A DNA stretch of 64,000 bases, taken from positions 101,318 through 165,317 of the IMG/VR virus record IMGVR_UViG_3300014208_000001; one strand, given 5' to 3'. Shown here piece by piece: positions 1 through 10,097 of the stretch. The stretch's first letter is position 1; each line of letters starts with the position of its first letter. The notes beneath the pieces were generated by a model. The model saw nothing but the letters and a program-made list of their open reading frames with translations, was not told the origin of the DNA and did no database searches. The position numbers were made by a program, and so were the translations under genes. This DNA comes from a virus (taxonomy: Duplodnaviria > Heunggongvirae > Uroviricota > Caudoviricetes).

Positions 1-1
1 T

Positions 2-628
2 GGTATAGGATTAGCGTCAAGTATTAGAGCATATATGGTACTAACAGTGCCAGAATTTGATATGCAACCAGACCAATCGCCTGGCGACACTGGTGCATCT
101 CAAACAGCAAAAGATTTAACCATTGCTGAAACACCACCAGCACCAGCCTTACCAGAAGCAGCACCACAAAAACCAGTAACTCCACCAGCACCAGCCTTAC
201 CAGAAGCAGCACCACAAAAACCAGTAACTCCACCAGCACCAGCTCTACCAGAAGCGGTAGAAACACACACATACGCTAATAAGATACCAGAAGAGGGGAA
301 AGGTGAGCGAGCATACAGATTCTTATATTTCAAAACACGAACATGTGGATATTGTGTATTATTTGAAAAAGGTAGCAAAGATTCAAATGGCACAGTAATT
401 GCTAAAGCATATTATGATTGGTTTAAATTAGGTAAATGGTCCATAGGACCTGATGAGTCAAATCACATACAAGAAATTTACGCTGACGAAAATCCATCAT
501 TAGCTATTAAATATGGCGTTGATAGTTACCCAACATTTATTCTTATTAAGAATAATGTAATAATTAAAAAATTCGTCGGGTATACAAAAGGTGAAACACT
601 AGTTAAAGCTTATAATGGAGAAAAATAA
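2..628 (+). CDS. Thioredoxin-like protein with Pro/Ala-rich linker, probably truncated by the window edge and possibly exported
   Basis: CxxC (TCGYC) and cis-Pro loop (DSYPTFILIKNNVIIKKFVG). The frame is open from base 2 (GIGLASSIRAY before the ATG at 35), so the true start lies outside the window. Confidence 0.85.
   Translation, partial: GIGLASSIRAYMVLTVPEFDMQPDQSPGDTGASQTAKDLTIAETPPAPALPEAAPQKPVTPPAPALPEAAPQKPVTPPAPALPEAVETHTYANKIPEEGKGERAYRFLYFKTRTCGYCVLFEKGSKDSNGTVIAKAYYDWFKLGKWSIGPDESNHIQEIYADENPSLAIKYGVDSYPTFILIKNNVIIKKFVGYTKGETLVKAYNGEK
134..256 (+). repeat. 48-bp tandem repeat, about 2.6 copies, encoding PPAPALPEAAPQKPVT
   Basis: Copies begin at 134, 182 and 230. Confidence 0.95.
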
Positions 629-993
629 TGGCTATAGAATTGCCAGCACTCGTTGGTTACAAAGATAAAGTCCAAAAATTATTGGATGTTTTAAAAGAAG
701 CATTCGATATTAATGGTAAAGTTACAATTACTGTTGATAAACCTTCGAATGCGATTTCGACGTTCCCATTATCTAAAATAATGGGAATGGATATTAAGTT
801 AGAATTAGCCGACCCAACAATTATATCATATGAATTTGTTGGTGACGTTTGTGATATTTCACTTAATAAATCAGCTACAGTCACGATTGGTAGAAAAATA
901 ATCGAACAACCTATTGATGCGGTTAAAATTAGTATTGATAGAATTTATTTTGATATTCCACGATTCTTTGACGTGTACGCTGACGTGAGATAA
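628..993 (+). CDS. Hypothetical protein (121 aa)
   Basis: Start overlaps the upstream stop (TAATG); operon-like spacing. Confidence 0.75.
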   Translation: MAIELPALVGYKDKVQKLLDVLKEAFDINGKVTITVDKPSNAISTFPLSKIMGMDIKLELADPTIISYEFVGDVCDISLNKSATVTIGRKIIEQPIDAVKISIDRIYFDIPRFFDVYADVR

Positions 994-995
994 AA

Positions 996-1355
996 ATGTC
1001 CACCACTTACGCATTAGATGAAATCAAGTCTGAAATATTTGCTGAAAAAAAGTATAAAGGCCGTCATAAGACTGTTGCCAATAAAGCTGCCGATGTGGCT
1101 GCCGAATGGTGGTCATCGTATGGCACAAAAATGTATAAAACTAACGTTAGAATGGGCATAAATGCTGAAGATGTCAAAAACGAACTATACGATGCGTGTT
1201 ATGAACATACAATAGCTACATTTGGCGGTGGTTTCATCGCTATGTTTATAATACAAATGATAGTGTCATACGTAGTCAGAAAAATAATTGAACGATTATT
1301 ACGTCAATATTTGGTGTCTGAAAAACACACTATAATTGGTCAATCAACACCTTAA
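996..1355 (+). CDS. Hypothetical protein with a C-terminal hydrophobic helix
   Basis: Tight operon spacing; FGGGFIAMFIIQMIVSYVV segment. Confidence 0.7.
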   Translation: MSTTYALDEIKSEIFAEKKYKGRHKTVANKAADVAAEWWSSYGTKMYKTNVRMGINAEDVKNELYDACYEHTIATFGGGFIAMFIIQMIVSYVVRKIIERLLRQYLVSEKHTIIGQSTP

Positions 1356-1383
1356 GCTGGTACAATAGCTTAAGGAGATTCGC

Positions 1384-2034
1384 ATGATCAATCCGTTGAT
1401 AACATGTATAATGCTAGCTGGTAAAACTAACATCGATATTGTTAATAGATGTATAAATTCATTTAATAAACAAACATATCAAAACAAAGAATTAATAATT
1501 ATAAATAATTCATCATCGCAATTGTCTAATTCTAATTTAATAATTAATGATTTAGACACAATAGTTATTGATACCCCAGTTCAACTATCAGCCGGCATGG
1601 CTAGAAACTATGGTATACAAGCTGCAAATGGAAATTTAATAGCCCAATTCGATCCAGAATTTATATGGCACAAGAATAGACTATCAAAACAATTATCAGC
1701 TATATTAAAAACAGAATCGCACATATCTGTATTATCAAAAGTTTCATCTTATAGTTTTGCTAATAGCCAAATTTCAACATACACTAATAGTAAAAAAGCG
1801 ATATTAAATACTATGATGTTTATACGACCAGCAGTTGATTACCCTGATATTAATAAAAGTGAAGAATTAGGTATTTTAGAAAGGATGACTAACGCTGGAA
1901 TGAAAATTGTATCTATCGATGATGAATCGCTTGCGTGTAAATTATATGCACATGATTATCCTAGAAGTAAAGTAGCCTTCTCAAATCCACGATGTAAATG
2001 CGCTAATCTAATCAGAGATTGGCTAAAAACTTAG
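1384..2034 (+). CDS. Glycosyltransferase family 2
   Basis: GT-A N-terminus (ITCIM...CINSFNKQTYQNKELIIINNSS, GMARNYGIQAANGNLIAQFD); SD AAGGAG upstream. Confidence 0.85.
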   Translation: MINPLITCIMLAGKTNIDIVNRCINSFNKQTYQNKELIIINNSSSQLSNSNLIINDLDTIVIDTPVQLSAGMARNYGIQAANGNLIAQFDPEFIWHKNRLSKQLSAILKTESHISVLSKVSSYSFANSQISTYTNSKKAILNTMMFIRPAVDYPDINKSEELGILERMTNAGMKIVSIDDESLACKLYAHDYPRSKVAFSNPRCKCANLIRDWLKT

Positions 2035-2058
2035 CAAATATAATTATAAGGTACTAAA

Positions 2059-3069
2059 ATGAAATTAGACATAGTCTGTGAAAGTTTTGATATAATAGAA
2101 GCTAGATTACGAATATATGGTTGCATAGAAGAAGCTGATGAGGCACCACGATGGGGATTTGATTATAGTAATTTCAGAACAGACCCATCACCTGATATAT
2201 TGGTTTTAGGCGATTGGATTCATCCAAATACAGGAAACCATCTAATAGGTGGTATCAATTTACACTATTTAGACACACGACAAAGAGATGAATTATCAAA
2301 GATACTACCTGCATTAATGAAGCAGAATGACCTATACGAACGATATTGGACTGGCAGAAAATTATTACCATATGTGTTTCATAATTTTTATAGAACGTAT
2401 AATGCTGCTCATATTCATGGCTTAGAACGTAGTACATTATATCCTAAGTACGGTTATACTAAAGCAGCATTTAATTGGGTTAAAGACAAATTATCATCAT
2501 TATTTAAATCGAAAGAACAAAGAGAAACTGATAAATTACCAAAATATCCATCTGATTTGACTGGCGTCGAAGACAATTTAGAAGTAGCCGTCAAGCAAGC
2601 CCAAAGAAGCGTGTCTGGAGATATATCACAACCAGAAAAACCCAAAGATCAAACTCCACAACAAAAACTCGGGAAACGCGAATTAGACCGCAAAAAAGCT
2701 ATATCTAAGCAACAACATGTAACACATAAAGCAGAGCCGACTCCAAATATAAATGATATAAAACCAAAGTATTCTGACGATATACCTGATTTACAGTTAA
2801 AGCAAGCAGAATATGAAGAAAATAACCCATCAGAATTCTCAGATGAAAACATAGAAGTTAATGATGAACAGATACAACGTGCGATGGCTGCAAAAGCACA
2901 ACAAGCAGAATTAACAAAACAAAAAGCAGAACAAACGGCAAAACAAAAAATACATGATGATTTTATGACTGATGTTGAAAATAACCGTAAAGAAAATATG
3001 GGAGAATCAATAAAATACTATTCGCCAAAGCATAAAAAATACATTATAGAATATATTAATTTGGCATAA
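2059..3069 (+). CDS. Probable virion protein; N-terminal domain resembles T4 gp2-like DNA end protector
   Basis: IGGINLHYL motif as in gp2-like proteins; MKLDIVCES N-terminus; low-complexity Q/K/E tail. Confidence 0.45.
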   Translation: MKLDIVCESFDIIEARLRIYGCIEEADEAPRWGFDYSNFRTDPSPDILVLGDWIHPNTGNHLIGGINLHYLDTRQRDELSKILPALMKQNDLYERYWTGRKLLPYVFHNFYRTYNAAHIHGLERSTLYPKYGYTKAAFNWVKDKLSSLFKSKEQRETDKLPKYPSDLTGVEDNLEVAVKQAQRSVSGDISQPEKPKDQTPQQKLGKRELDRKKAISKQQHVTHKAEPTPNINDIKPKYSDDIPDLQLKQAEYEENNPSEFSDENIEVNDEQIQRAMAAKAQQAELTKQKAEQTAKQKIHDDFMTDVENNRKENMGESIKYYSPKHKKYIIEYINLA

Positions 3070-3098
3070 ATATATTATAAACTTCACTTGGGTGATTT

Positions 3099-3737
3099 AT
3101 GATATACTTAGCATTACTATTAAGCATTGCTCAAATCGAATACACAGATACAAATAGAAAAGTATATATTATATATGATAACTCCAATAATTCACAATTT
3201 TTAAAATCAGAATTAACACGAAATTGGTTATCAAAAGGCGAATCACCTATAACCAAAAATTTAGACAATATACAAAAATATTTAGAAACTAAAACAGTAC
3301 TAATTAATAGGTATGATACCACAAAATATAAATATTTAAAATGCGGATATCCATGTTATATGTTCGGTGAATACGGTACACCTGAGAAATTCCCTGATAT
3401 GACATTTAATGAAGTATCATACCCATTACGAACAACTAATAGTATAGTAAGCGAATTAATAACTGATATAAATTCATGGAAAGCAAAATGTAAGAGATTA
3501 AAAAGTGAACATGATTCAGCGTATTCCTTAAAATGTTACAAATGGATAGTATCACATTTTAAGGACGAATACGATATTGAAATGTTCACCCTGTTAAGAG
3601 AGGGATATTGTGAAAATCCAAATGATGTAATGAATCCATATATAGTTGAAAGATTTACATATTATGATGGATACCCAATATACCGAGAATTCATTAATCC
3701 ACCGTACCCAATAATCAAAAAACCATGGGATGAATGA
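3099..3737 (+). CDS. Hypothetical protein with a signal-peptide-like N-terminus
   Basis: 212-aa ORF beginning MIYLALLLSIAQ. Confidence 0.7.
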   Translation: MIYLALLLSIAQIEYTDTNRKVYIIYDNSNNSQFLKSELTRNWLSKGESPITKNLDNIQKYLETKTVLINRYDTTKYKYLKCGYPCYMFGEYGTPEKFPDMTFNEVSYPLRTTNSIVSELITDINSWKAKCKRLKSEHDSAYSLKCYKWIVSHFKDEYDIEMFTLLREGYCENPNDVMNPYIVERFTYYDGYPIYREFINPPYPIIKKPWDE

Positions 3738-3739
3738 TA

Positions 3740-6190
3740 CTACACCAATTGGATTTGGCCATAAGCATATTCGTTGTAAGTGGTATTTTGCGAATAAATT
3801 TCAACACGTCTTACAATTGATCCAGGCCATAATCTCATACCAATTTTACCAAACGGTTTATCAACATCATTCGTGATCGGAAAATATGGTGTGCTAACAC
3901 TAATTGGTGTTGATAAAGCAGCACTCAAACTGGAACTTGGCGGTATCAATAATCCATTCCACCAAACCCATAATTGATCATCTCTTACCATTAATATTAA
4001 ACGATTCCAATATTCATTTAATGTGCCGCCGGTTTGGATACCACCATCATACACAGTAAAATTGTCTGGAGATGCTACAGGTTTAGTACCAACACCAGTG
4101 AATGATCCTGATTGGCTATACACAGCACTAACAGTATAATCAGATAATCCTCTGACATAATCATCAACATCATCGGCTATATCTTCTTCATATTTGACAC
4201 TCATATCTAATGTGCCAACTTTAAATTGCAAACTGATTAAACCAGTGACATCATCAACTGTAAACTCCAATCGTAAGCATGGGTTATTATATTCAGTGTG
4301 TAATAGCTCGAGAACATCGCCAACTTCACCAGCATATGGTGTAGTATCATTGGCTAATGCTATTGAATCCAAATAATCTTTAGAATCATCAGTTACACCA
4401 GTTGGTGCTGTTGGGAACATAAACTTTCTTGTATACTTGAATATGATGTTTTCTTCACTAGCTGGATATATAGTTCTCAAATCGCCGAATTTTGGTAAAT
4501 CAGTAAAATTTAATCCTTTAACTCTAATGAAATACATTCCATTAACATATCCTTTCTCTACTACTCTCACATATTTTGATTCATTTGCGTCGATAACACT
4601 TCTAAATAATATATCAATCGGACTGAAATTAGATGAATCTGGTTTTCCTATATCAAATATTGTATAATTATTAATGAATTCATTTCTATTCCATAGATAT
4701 ACTGGGCGATCACTAAAATATTGGCTATCAGTAACACCACCAATAACTTTTAATGCTGGTATTGAACTATCAATAATAGCTCTGTGTTGTGTATTGACAT
4801 CAGCGGCTGCTGTACCACCTGTCGAAAATACATCATACATCAGCAATGGGTCGTCAGACCCTGTGATGCCCCAAATTGTGTGTTCAAAGCCTTTATATGT
4901 GCTTATTAGAGAGTATGCTGTGGCGTCTTCGCTTCCTGCGCCAGCGGCGACTTCTTCGCGGCTTAGCATCATATCACCGAATTGAACAGCGCCATTCCAT
5001 CCCCATATATGTTGTGGGTTTAGTGTTGGTTTTTTGTTAAAATAATATCTTCTAATTGGCTCACCTGATACGTCACCAACTTTGAAGAATAGTATTTGGA
5101 CCATTGTGCCTATTGGCAAAACGTCAACTGTCGAATCTAATACTAATGCTTTTGGGTTGGTTCCAGAAAAACCACCTTCTGGATTATTATATTCCCACAC
5201 ATTTTTAGCTGTAAATGAATCTCCTATAACTTTAGAACCATCAACATCCCACCATTTGCATGTATATTGATTAGTACTTAGAATTGCTGATGTGTAATCC
5301 GTTATGACTGCTGTTTTTGATGTTAATAAGTGACCTTTATATAAAATATGACCAACTAATTCTGGCTCTGCGACTGGATCTAGATCATATCGTATTTGGT
5401 TACCATCTGTGTCTTTGCCAGTGAACCAGACACATTGTGTTGTACCACCAGCTCCTGGTGTGAATGCCCATCCTATTTCTGTTTGTGTATTATTTAATGA
5501 ATCTCTTTTTAAAACTAAATCAAATTCTGCTGTGCCTGGTGCTATAGCATCATCGTATCTTTTGAATATTAAACTTGGATAATCACCTTTATTTGCTAAT
5601 GTGCTAGCTGTGTCATTTGGGTCAACTAATGATGTATCTGGGAATGCGTATATCTTTAATTCACCATATCCATTGATACCAGGCAGTTTTCCACTGCATG
5701 TTGGTGGTCGTATTGATGATATGTCTGTTTCGTCTTGTACCCAGAATATTTGTTGACAGCTTTCGCATGCGCATGTTAATGGTATTGGGCTATCTACTGT
5801 GAATCTGACTACGTTTCCGACACGTTCTAAGCTTATGAATTCTGTTCCGGCTGCTAGTATGATGTCTCCTGACATCCATCCGCCGTCATCTGGAAATCCA
5901 GCACCTAAGAATCCAAGAACACCAACTCTTGTTTGTGTTAATGAATCTAATTTGCATTTATCATCTGCTGCCATTAATCCATTAGTATCACATGTTGCTG
6001 CTGGAATTGGATCTTCAGCAATATGTGTTGACCCGTGAAATGATGGGTATATTACTTGAGATTCTTTAGCAAATAATGTTTTTTGCTGTAGATCATATTG
6101 ATACCCAAATAATAACCCATCTGGGCCTGATACTTGAATAAATTGTTGATCTACTAATGAACTAGAAGATGGTATCTTCGTCAATGCCAT
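3740..6190 (-). CDS. Large virion structural protein (fibre/baseplate-like)
   Basis: 816 aa, beta-rich; HGSTH..DPIPAAT...GLMAADDKCKLD motif typical of tail-fibre proteins; N-terminus shared with the ORFs at 19943 and 24307. Confidence 0.6.
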   Translation of the reverse strand: MALTKIPSSSSLVDQQFIQVSGPDGLLFGYQYDLQQKTLFAKESQVIYPSFHGSTHIAEDPIPAATCDTNGLMAADDKCKLDSLTQTRVGVLGFLGAGFPDDGGWMSGDIILAAGTEFISLERVGNVVRFTVDSPIPLTCACESCQQIFWVQDETDISSIRPPTCSGKLPGINGYGELKIYAFPDTSLVDPNDTASTLANKGDYPSLIFKRYDDAIAPGTAEFDLVLKRDSLNNTQTEIGWAFTPGAGGTTQCVWFTGKDTDGNQIRYDLDPVAEPELVGHILYKGHLLTSKTAVITDYTSAILSTNQYTCKWWDVDGSKVIGDSFTAKNVWEYNNPEGGFSGTNPKALVLDSTVDVLPIGTMVQILFFKVGDVSGEPIRRYYFNKKPTLNPQHIWGWNGAVQFGDMMLSREEVAAGAGSEDATAYSLISTYKGFEHTIWGITGSDDPLLMYDVFSTGGTAAADVNTQHRAIIDSSIPALKVIGGVTDSQYFSDRPVYLWNRNEFINNYTIFDIGKPDSSNFSPIDILFRSVIDANESKYVRVVEKGYVNGMYFIRVKGLNFTDLPKFGDLRTIYPASEENIIFKYTRKFMFPTAPTGVTDDSKDYLDSIALANDTTPYAGEVGDVLELLHTEYNNPCLRLEFTVDDVTGLISLQFKVGTLDMSVKYEEDIADDVDDYVRGLSDYTVSAVYSQSGSFTGVGTKPVASPDNFTVYDGGIQTGGTLNEYWNRLILMVRDDQLWVWWNGLLIPPSSSLSAALSTPISVSTPYFPITNDVDKPFGKIGMRLWPGSIVRRVEIYSQNTTYNEYAYGQIQLV

Positions 6191-6276
6191 GACGTATGAC
6201 CTCTTTCAAAATGTGGATAGCTATTATATCTTTGAATTTGATCATATCTTGTACTGGCGTTATATATTATCTACAA

Positions 6277-7968
6277 TCACCATACAAATACATAATCTAT
6301 CTCGCCATTTATTTGAATAACAATTGGGATAATAGAATTCGGTTTATATTTGGCTTCTAAATATTCTCTATTATGCTTACGAACAAATGCGACTATATGA
6401 TTAGCATATTTTTTATACTCATTTAATATATCAATATTAGTACTAAATGCGTCCATAGCAATCATTAAATCATATTTATCAGTTGTGGTTTCATCAAACC
6501 ATTCATAATTTAATCCAATAAATTCAGCAAAACCATTATCGATCGCTTTATTTAAAGCGTGTGATTTTTTAGCAACATATTTAATATTTAATAAAGAACA
6601 TGCCAATGCTTTTGAACCATATCCAGGAGATAAATCAAGAACTGATTTTACTCTCAAATTTTTAAATAAAGCAGCATAAAACGTTGGTATTATTATTTTT
6701 GGGCCACATACAGACGTTAACTCTTTTACTATATTTGTATAAGTAATATCTTCATTGCCTTCAAACAATTTATTTAATACTTTTCTAAATCTTATAGGTC
6801 TACGAATATATCTCCATAATCTACTCATATCAAAATAGTGAAATATAATATTTTTATAGTGCTTTAAAATAGCTTGAGATGTTGGTTTAGATACAAACTT
6901 TTTATCCCTATAATGTTTAGATAAATCAAAATGTCGTAACTCTTCTAAATCTTTTAATAATATTTCTTGTGGGTATTCTGGATTCATCCAGCCACGTTGA
7001 ATTATATGATTCATTATAGAGTGTAACGCCAATCTCAATTCTATCATTGTACTATTATTAAGATCTTTACGACTTATCATAACCATTGATTTATATTGAT
7101 TATCAAAATTAATATCATATACATTACCATATTGGTATCTGACTTGTGGCACATTTGTGATTATACTATCTTCTGGTGTCATTATCCTTTTTGCTCTGGT
7201 TGATCTTCCATATTCTATTTTATCGAAGTAATAAGATTCTATAGATGGATAAAATCTATCTAATGGGCTTTTATAGCGTACTGTCACGCATCTATCAGTG
7301 ATTATTATACTTTCTATAATATTATATGATTTTAATTTGTGAGCTAATGCTATTACCCACGGTTTTGATATAATGTTGCCGCGATGGCTATCTGTGCATA
7401 ATCTAACTGGTATTTTATGTTTTAATAACCATTTATTAAATGTTGGTCTTGATATTTTGGCTAATGTTGCACATGCTCTAGTGCTTAGACGCTTTTTAAC
7501 ATAATGATAATAACACCACTTAAATGATGAACATGGATTATCATATGGTATTTTGCCTATTTTTACTTTTTTGCGGCGTAATAAGTTAACTATTGCTTGT
7601 TTTGATACTTTTGCCGCACTTGCTAAACTATACAATGACCAATATTGAAGATTTTCATCTAACCATTCTTTAGTGCGCCAATTAGATGGCAATTCTGCTA
7701 ATACTATTTTATTTGTTTTTGGTGGTGACCATTTATCTGTTTTAGGTTTTAAATATCCACTTGATATTTTTATTTCACGCAGAGCAAAATATTCAACACC
7801 AGCTAATTGTGCTTGTGTTGATGGTGACATAAATTTTGTGTTATCAAACCATTGTAATAATTTTTTTGTATCTGATATACCAGGGTATGGATATTGAGAT
7901 TTTAATATATTATGCTCTGCTAGTAATCTTAATTTTTCTCTTTCATATTCATCATCAATCTGAGTCAT
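6277..7968 (-). CDS. HTH-repeat protein with a degenerate DNA methyltransferase-like C-terminal domain
   Basis: HTH YYHYVKKRLSTRACATLAKISRPTFNKWLLKHKIPVR; SAM motif VLDLSPGYGSK; aligns by eye with 60500..62656 but has no SPPY/DPPY. Confidence 0.65.
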   Translation of the reverse strand: MTQIDDEYEREKLRLLAEHNILKSQYPYPGISDTKKLLQWFDNTKFMSPSTQAQLAGVEYFALREIKISSGYLKPKTDKWSPPKTNKIVLAELPSNWRTKEWLDENLQYWSLYSLASAAKVSKQAIVNLLRRKKVKIGKIPYDNPCSSFKWCYYHYVKKRLSTRACATLAKISRPTFNKWLLKHKIPVRLCTDSHRGNIISKPWVIALAHKLKSYNIIESIIITDRCVTVRYKSPLDRFYPSIESYYFDKIEYGRSTRAKRIMTPEDSIITNVPQVRYQYGNVYDINFDNQYKSMVMISRKDLNNSTMIELRLALHSIMNHIIQRGWMNPEYPQEILLKDLEELRHFDLSKHYRDKKFVSKPTSQAILKHYKNIIFHYFDMSRLWRYIRRPIRFRKVLNKLFEGNEDITYTNIVKELTSVCGPKIIIPTFYAALFKNLRVKSVLDLSPGYGSKALACSLLNIKYVAKKSHALNKAIDNGFAEFIGLNYEWFDETTTDKYDLMIAMDAFSTNIDILNEYKKYANHIVAFVRKHNREYLEAKYKPNSIIPIVIQINGEIDYVFVW

Positions 7969-8194
7969 TTATGCTTTCAGACGCTTTTAATAATGTTAAT
8001 CCAAAATCTCTCAAAAATTGTTTATGACACACTTTTGATAAATTCAATACTGTAGTTATATCTGGGTTGCCATGATACATTGTATTTATTGATATAAAAC
8101 ATTTATCATCATTTTTATATACTTCAATTGTAATTCCTCCATTGTCAACATGAGTGTACATTTCAGCTATTTTATAGCAATCAACCGTTTTCAA
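7955..8194 (-). CDS. Hypothetical protein (79 aa)
   Basis: Overlapping-operon spacing. Confidence 0.6.
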   Translation of the reverse strand: MKTVDCYKIAEMYTHVDNGGITIEVYKNDDKCFISINTMYHGNPDITTVLNLSKVCHKQFLRDFGLTLLKASESINDSD

Positions 8195-8541
8195 TTTTTT
8201 CTCCTTGGTTTGTTGTATACATCATTAGCAAGTATCATTTTATCACACATGTTACAATATTGATCATATAAATCATATAATGCGTCTGTGAAATTAGCCG
8301 CATCAGTTAATGGGGCTATTTTTGGTATTATCATACCATTTTTTATAGTGTGAGTACAATCTTTTGCGATTTGGGCGGCTTCATCTTCTGATTGGCACAA
8401 TCCTCCAAAATAGATCCCACCAATCGATATTCCTTTTTGTTTGTCATCCAAAATTTTGGCGTATGTTACTATCCATTGCATTTTATTATCCTTATTTGCC
8501 GCTTGACCCAAAACCGCTCTGACCTCGTATGTTGTATTCAT
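8191..8541 (-). CDS. Hypothetical protein (116 aa)
   Basis: Overlapping-operon spacing; protein-like composition. Confidence 0.7.
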   Translation of the reverse strand: MNTTYEVRAVLGQAANKDNKMQWIVTYAKILDDKQKGISIGGIYFGGLCQSEDEAAQIAKDCTHTIKNGMIIPKIAPLTDAANFTDALYDLYDQYCNMCDKMILANDVYNKPRRKN

Positions 8542-9115
8542 CTGAAAATTCTGTTACAACTTTGATATCAAATGATTCTTGCTTATGGGGTATAATTTGT
8601 GCTATCCTATCGCCAGTAGAAATCGAATACGTTTGTGATGTATGATTAAATAGTGTCACTAATAAATGTCCTGTATAGGTACTATCAATAATTCCTCTGA
8701 ATGGTTCTATTCCTTTTACTCCTAAACTAGAACGACCTTCTATAGTATAATACCAACCTATTGGCGCTGATATTGCTATGCCTGTGTCTATAGTTACCAT
8801 ACCGTGTTCTGGTACAATAGCGTCCATTATCGAAAATATATCATATCCTATGTCTTGCTTGCGTTTTTTAAATGGTAATTTCGCTAAATCATTTAATAAT
8901 TTACATTCAAATAATATATTTTTAACTGAATCGGCTTGTTCATTATCATAGCATACCATACAATTGTAGCAAATGTCTCCATTAGGATTATTAGTATCAC
9001 AATAATGCCTCATAAATTCATTTAAACAGTCATCGCATTGTACATAAACTAATGCGGCTGAATTTTTATCTGATAAATCGACTCCAAGTTTTTCATTACG
9101 TTCGGTAAGTAACAT
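8492..9115 (-). CDS. dut: Trimeric dUTPase with a Cys-rich N-terminal extension
   Basis: Motifs GYDI, GRSSLG, GIIDSTYTG, GDRIAQ and RGQSGFGSSG; start uncertain. Confidence 0.93.
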   Translation of the reverse strand: MLLTERNEKLGVDLSDKNSAALVYVQCDDCLNEFMRHYCDTNNPNGDICYNCMVCYDNEQADSVKNILFECKLLNDLAKLPFKKRKQDIGYDIFSIMDAIVPEHGMVTIDTGIAISAPIGWYYTIEGRSSLGVKGIEPFRGIIDSTYTGHLLVTLFNHTSQTYSISTGDRIAQIIPHKQESFDIKVVTEFSDEYNIRGQSGFGSSGK

Positions 9116-9419
9116 GACTATTCCTGAAAAAGTAACAAACTGGCGTTATCGATGCATGGATGCAAACATGGACATGAAGGAAGGTGTAGCATACGGCACA
9201 TTTATCGAAATCGCAATATCATTAAAAAAACGTGGCTTTGATTTGGTCGATTTGGTTGAGATCGATAAAGCCGAATACGATAAATTAAAAAACATAAGTA
9301 TCAAATTCACACAATCAATGCAATTAATGAAAAAAGCACGCCAAAGAAACAAAAGAATAATTTCAAAAGCCAAAATCGTATCAACATGGTATTCTATATT
9401 AAAAAATATTATCTTCTAA
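9114..9419 (+). CDS. Hypothetical protein (101 aa)
   Basis: Fills the gap between dut and tmk on the opposite strand; its start overlaps the dut ORF start. Confidence 0.45.
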   Translation: MTIPEKVTNWRYRCMDANMDMKEGVAYGTFIEIAISLKKRGFDLVDLVEIDKAEYDKLKNISIKFTQSMQLMKKARQRNKRIISKAKIVSTWYSILKNIIF

Positions 9420-10088
9420 ATCAGAAACCATATCACCAATTATCGAATCGATCCCATTAGAGCTATCTATATATTTAATATCAGAAAAATTAACACATTC
9501 TGAAATTAAAGAAGTAATCATATCTGGACAATCAACTTTCATATTACTAGGAGTTAATATATTAGAATAAATATTTTCAATAATTTTAAAAAACGATTCA
9601 GGTTTAGAATCAAAATGATCATCGATATTACGCTCTTTAATACGAGATTTTAATATTGCAGTATCACACGATACTATATATAACCTATCGATTTTGGGAG
9701 CCGGATATAACGCTAATAATCTATTTATATCTTGTATTTTAACTCCTGATGCTATCCCGTAAACAATTGATGATATGTATGATGATCTATCAGAAATAAC
9801 ATGTATACCATTTTCTATCGCTGGTTCTAATATTTGCTTATTAAATGATATAGTATCAACCATGTATAATATTTGCCTAGATAATTCATCTATCTCTATA
9901 TTTTGATCTATTAATTTAGGTGTTTTGACTAATTTTCGTAAGTGTTGCCCTAATGGTGTACTGCCTGGTTGTCTTGATGTTATTATTTTATAGCCATGCT
10001 TTGATAATTCATGATCTAAACATTTTGATAGTGTTGTTTTGCCTGAACCATCGATACCTTCCAACACCACATACTTACCAATGTTCAT
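9399..10088 (-). CDS. tmk: Thymidylate (dTMP) kinase
   Basis: P-loop VVLEGIDGSGKTT, RQPGSTPLG and the SDR motif. Confidence 0.92.
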   Translation of the reverse strand: MNIGKYVVLEGIDGSGKTTLSKCLDHELSKHGYKIITSRQPGSTPLGQHLRKLVKTPKLIDQNIEIDELSRQILYMVDTISFNKQILEPAIENGIHVISDRSSYISSIVYGIASGVKIQDINRLLALYPAPKIDRLYIVSCDTAILKSRIKERNIDDHFDSKPESFFKIIENIYSNILTPSNMKVDCPDMITSLISECVNFSDIKYIDSSNGIDSIIGDMVSDLEDNIF

Positions 10089-10097
10089 TGATTACCT

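Noticed and set aside
134-256. 48-bp direct repeats as a possible CRISPR array
   Set aside because: The repeats are contiguous with no unique spacers and are in-frame coding; no cas genes are seen in the window.
24-393. Minus-strand ORFs 24..272 and 100..393
   Set aside because: Antisense shadows of the repeat-rich thioredoxin gene.
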